Source: an uncultured Pelagibacteraceae bacterium
GTDB taxonomy: Bacteria; Pseudomonadota; Alphaproteobacteria; Pelagibacterales; Pelagibacteraceae
Assembly: GCA_902598315.1 (NCBI GenBank)
Contig: CACKBP010000005.1
Location: forward strand, 32,583 to 96,582
Direction: 5' to 3'
Length of the DNA stretch: 64,000 bases
Below are positions 60,504-64,000 of the stretch, in pieces. Under the pieces are notes generated by a model. It made no database searches, was not told the DNA's origin, and saw only the letters and a list, made by a program, of their open reading frames with translations. Positions within the stretch are counted from its first letter, which is position 1. Every line of letters begins with the position of its first letter. The translations under genes were made by a program, and so were the position numbers.

Positions 60504-63163
60504 TGGCAAAAGTTATATTTAGCTTTAATGATAAATCTGCCAAAAAATTAAAGAACAAAAAAAATATTTTGGGCGGAAAAGGAGCAAACCTTGGTGAGAT
60601 GGGTAGATTAGGCTTACCTGTTCCCCCTGGATTTACTATTACTACTGAAGTTTGTGATTTATTTTACAAAAATAAAAAAAAATTACCCGAAAAAGTATTA
60701 CAAAATATTGAATCAGAGCTAAATAATATTGAAAAGAAAACTCAAAAAAAATTTGGTGATCTTAAAAATCCATTATTAGTATCAGTTAGATCTGGTGCTA
60801 GAATTTCAATGCCTGGCATGATGGATACAATTTTGAATCTTGGTCTTAATGACAGAACAGTTGAGTCACTAAAAAAGAGAACTTCTAACGGACGATTTGC
60901 TAAAGACAGCTATAGAAGATTTATCCAAATGTACAGTAATGTAGTTTTAGGTGTAGAGGGACATTTATTTGAAGAACTAATTGATAATTACAAATTAACC
61001 AAAGGAGTTTTGTTAGACACAGATCTAGACGAGAGCGATTGGGATGGCTTAATTATTAATTTTAAAGAGTTAGTAAAAAAAGAAAAAAAAATTAATTTTC
61101 CTCAGGATGTCAAAGAACAATTATTTGGAGCAATAAACGCAGTATTTTTATCTTGGGACAGCCAAAGAGCAAAAACTTATAGAAAACTAAATCAAATTCC
61201 AGATCATTGGGGAACAGCTGTGAATGTTCAAGCTATGGTTTTTGGAAATATGGGTGATGACTGTTCAACAGGTGTTGCCTTTACAAGAAATCCTTCAACA
61301 GGAGAAAAATCTTTCTTTGGAGAATTTCTAATTAATGCACAAGGTGAAGATGTAGTAGCAGGTACAAGAACTCCGCAATACATCACTAAAAAAGCAAAAA
61401 AAGATTCAGGATCTAAAGATCCTTCAATGGAGGAGGCTATGCCTAAAGTTTATAAAGAATTAGCAAAAGTGTTTATTAAGTTAGAGAAGCACTATAAAGA
61501 TATGCAAGACATTGAGTTTACAGTTGAAAATAATAAACTTTGGATGTTGCAAACAAGATCTGGAAAAAGAACAGCCAAAGCTGCAATTAAAATTGCAGTG
61601 GATATGGTTAAAGAGAAATTAATTTCAAAAAAAGAAGCAATCAAAAGAATTGATCCAAATACTTTAGATACTTTATTACATCCTACTTTAGACGAAAAAG
61701 TTGAGAAAGAGGTAATTGCTTCGGGATTACCGGCATCACCAGGTGCTGCAAGTGGTAAAGTTGTTTTCACTGCTGATGAAGCAGAGAAACTAAACGGGAT
61801 GATGCAAAATACAATATTAGTAAGGTTAGAAACTTCACCAGAAGATATACATGGAATGCATGCAGCTAAAGGTATTCTTACTGCAAGAGGAGGAATGACG
61901 AGCCATGCTGCAGTAGTAGCAAGAGGAATGGGGAGACCATGTGTTTCAGGCTCAAGTGAAATAACAATCGACTATGATTTAAAACAATTTAAAGCTGGGG
62001 ATGTAATTATTAAAGAGGGGGATATTATCACTATAGACGGTGGAAGTGGAAAAGTAATGAAAGGGTTAGTTCCTACTGTCAAACCAGAAATTTCTGGATA
62101 CTTCTCTACAATAATGAAATGGGCTGATGAATTTAGAAAATTAAGAGTAAGAACAAACGCCGAAACGGAAGCAGATAGTAAAACTGCTAGAGAGTTTGGT
62201 GCTGAGGGAATCGGTTTATGTAGAACTGAGCATATGTTCTTTGATGAAGAGAGAATTCTATCCGTTAGACAAATGATTTTGTCTAAATCAAAAGATGACA
62301 GGAATAGTGCGCTAGATAAACTTCTACCTCATCAAAAAGAAGACTTTAAAAAAATATTTAAAGTTATGTCAGGTTTACCTGTTACAGTAAGATTATTAGA
62401 TCCACCACTTCATGAGTTCTTACCAAAAGCTGACAAAGATATAGAGGAAGTAGCAAGATCTTTAAATTTATCTGCAAAAGAGGTCAAAGATAGAATAGCA
62501 GAGCTTCATGAGGAAAATCCTATGCTTGGACATAGAGGGTGTAGACTGGGTATTTCTTTCCCAGAAATTTATGAGATGCAATGTAGAGCAATATTTGAAG
62601 CTATAGTCGAATTAAAAAAACAAAAAGTAAAAGCAGCTTTTGTAGAAATTATGATACCTTTAGTATCTACTGATTCTGAATTAAAAATTCTAAGGGCCTT
62701 AGTAAATAAAATAGCTAAAGAAATAGAAAAAGAAAATAAATTAAAACTAGAATATATGGTAGGTACTATGATTGAATTACCACGTGCCGCTTTACAAGCG
62801 AAGTCTATCTCTAAACATGCTGATTTCTTTAGTTTTGGAACTAATGATTTAACACAAACTACTTTTGGAATAAGCCGGGATGACTCAGGAAAATTTTTAA
62901 ACGATTATATTGATAATAAAATTTTTGATGTAGATCCATTTGTTAGTATTGATCAAAATGGAGTAGGTGAGTTAGTTCAAATAGCTTCCTCAAGAGGCAG
63001 GAAAACAAACAAAAATATTAAATTAGGTATTTGCGGTGAACACGGTGGTGATCCAAAGAGTATTGAGTTTTGTTCTAGAACGGGACTTAACTATGTTTCC
63101 TGCTCTCCATTTAGAGTGCCAGTAGCAAGATTAGCTGCTGCACAAGCGGAATTAAGAAAATAG
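60503..63163 (+). CDS. ppdK: Pyruvate phosphate dikinase
   Basis: LGGKGANL, SVRSGA, GGMTSHAAVVAR, GLCRTEHMF, FGTNDLTQ, GICGEHGG. Confidence 0.98.
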   Translation: MAKVIFSFNDKSAKKLKNKKNILGGKGANLGEMGRLGLPVPPGFTITTEVCDLFYKNKKKLPEKVLQNIESELNNIEKKTQKKFGDLKNPLLVSVRSGARISMPGMMDTILNLGLNDRTVESLKKRTSNGRFAKDSYRRFIQMYSNVVLGVEGHLFEELIDNYKLTKGVLLDTDLDESDWDGLIINFKELVKKEKKINFPQDVKEQLFGAINAVFLSWDSQRAKTYRKLNQIPDHWGTAVNVQAMVFGNMGDDCSTGVAFTRNPSTGEKSFFGEFLINAQGEDVVAGTRTPQYITKKAKKDSGSKDPSMEEAMPKVYKELAKVFIKLEKHYKDMQDIEFTVENNKLWMLQTRSGKRTAKAAIKIAVDMVKEKLISKKEAIKRIDPNTLDTLLHPTLDEKVEKEVIASGLPASPGAASGKVVFTADEAEKLNGMMQNTILVRLETSPEDIHGMHAAKGILTARGGMTSHAAVVARGMGRPCVSGSSEITIDYDLKQFKAGDVIIKEGDIITIDGGSGKVMKGLVPTVKPEISGYFSTIMKWADEFRKLRVRTNAETEADSKTAREFGAEGIGLCRTEHMFFDEERILSVRQMILSKSKDDRNSALDKLLPHQKEDFKKIFKVMSGLPVTVRLLDPPLHEFLPKADKDIEEVARSLNLSAKEVKDRIAELHEENPMLGHRGCRLGISFPEIYEMQCRAIFEAIVELKKQKVKAAFVEIMIPLVSTDSELKILRALVNKIAKEIEKENKLKLEYMVGTMIELPRAALQAKSISKHADFFSFGTNDLTQTTFGISRDDSGKFLNDYIDNKIFDVDPFVSIDQNGVGELVQIASSRGRKTNKNIKLGICGEHGGDPKSIEFCSRTGLNYVSCSPFRVPVARLAAAQAELRK

Positions 63164-63216
63164 ATTAAAAAAATAACATATCATCTTTGCAGATTATTCA
63201 CTTACAATAAAAAGTT

Positions 63217-64000
63217 TTAAAGTATCAATAAGCTACTATCAAAAGATTTAGCGCTGTGGGTAATAGCGCCTACCGAAATTCTATTTATCCCCGTTTTCGA
63301 TATTTGATTAATATTTTTTAAAGTAGCATTACCAGAATACTCTGTTTGATATTTTTTTTTGCAAAGTTTTAAGCATTTTTTCAGTTGTGAGGAATTCATG
63401 TTATCAAAAAGAATTCTTTTAAATTTTAAACCTATAACCTGTTTGAGTTGATTGATATTTTCTATTTCCACTGTAATAATTTTTTTTGTTTTAATAGCTT
63501 TCTTGACTAATTCCCTAAGATTATTCGATGCACTAATATGATTATCCTTTATAAGAATTTCATCGCTTAAATTATATCTATGATTATGACCACCACCTTT
63601 TTTGACAGCATATTTCTCAAGTGTTCTCAAATTAGGTGTAGTTTTTCTTGTACAACAGATCTTAGTTTTTTTACCAATTTTTTTTACGAATTGATTAGTG
63701 ATAGTTGCGATACCTGAGGCATGATTAAGAAAGTTTAAAGCAGTTCTCTCAGCAGTTAAGATTGTTTTTGTTCTAGCTTTTATATTAGCAATTACTTTAT
63801 TTTTTTTTATTTTTTTTCCATCAGAGACTTTCTTTGTAAAAATGGTTTCTCTTCCAATTAATTTAAAAGCTGTTTTACAAAACTCTAAACCAGCTATTAC
63901 ACCATCTTGTTTAGCTATTATCTTAGCTTGAATTATTTTATCTTTTGTTCTTAAGATGTTTGTAGTGATATCACCTCTTGGCTTCAGGTCTTCCCCTAGA
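63217..64000 (-). CDS. nadC: Quinolinate phosphoribosyltransferase, 5' end beyond the window
   Basis: Frame is open to the window edge: LGEDLKPRGDITT...ERTALNFL...CTRKTTP, NHR, LIKDNH, FDNM, ISVGAITHS. Confidence 0.94.
   Translation of the reverse strand, partial: LGEDLKPRGDITTNILRTKDKIIQAKIIAKQDGVIAGLEFCKTAFKLIGRETIFTKKVSDGKKIKKNKVIANIKARTKTILTAERTALNFLNHASGIATITNQFVKKIGKKTKICCTRKTTPNLRTLEKYAVKKGGGHNHRYNLSDEILIKDNHISASNNLRELVKKAIKTKKIITVEIENINQLKQVIGLKFKRILFDNMNSSQLKKCLKLCKKKYQTEYSGNATLKNINQISKTGINRISVGAITHSAKSFDSSLLIL

Noticed and set aside
63217-63630. Truncated nadC pseudogene (137 aa in the track)
   Set aside because: The frame stays open with conserved motifs to the window edge; the neuB fragment at the left edge is the same artefact

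Overview
AT-rich, extremely compact alphaproteobacterial DNA whose gene content and order point to a SAR11/Pelagibacter-type genome (taxon is inferred, not searched). Positions 1-17.4 kb are the right-hand part of a co-oriented surface-glycan island: NeuB/NeuC/LegC-type nonulosonic acid enzymes, a KdsB paralogue, GmhA, GalE, tailoring enzymes and two orphan GT-B-like proteins. The island ends at tRNA-Val(GAC) and a stand-alone 5S rRNA, the layout known for SAR11 HVR2. The rest is core genome: rpmJ, CoxIV, pntAB, tal, tRNA-fMet, cspA, rpsU, trcR, rpmE, suhB, efp, thiE, fbaB, pgk, tkt, zapA, ygfA, ymdB, yebC, a resolvase, tol-pal, tilS, ftsH, folP, glmM, thiD, purA, rpoH, rluD, tRNA-Arg(UCG), a small GT17/oxygenase/ABC/sua5 operon, xseB, ispA, dxs, aroC, pdxH, ispB, an S49 peptidase, glyQS, ppdK and partial nadC. 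Most notable: (1) a MOC1/phage-type Holliday junction resolvase occupies the ruvC position and ruvAB is absent from the locus; (2) rpsU has no canonical start and most likely begins at AUU, upstream of cspA and the initiator tRNA; (3) gap and 6S RNA are missing from their usual loci; (4) tRNA-Arg has a UCG anticodon and a D-stem bulge; (5) several streamlining architectures (shared TTAA stops, bidirectional and leaderless promoter candidates); (6) candidate new glycan-tailoring modules. All protein calls come from motif recognition by eye, with no database search.
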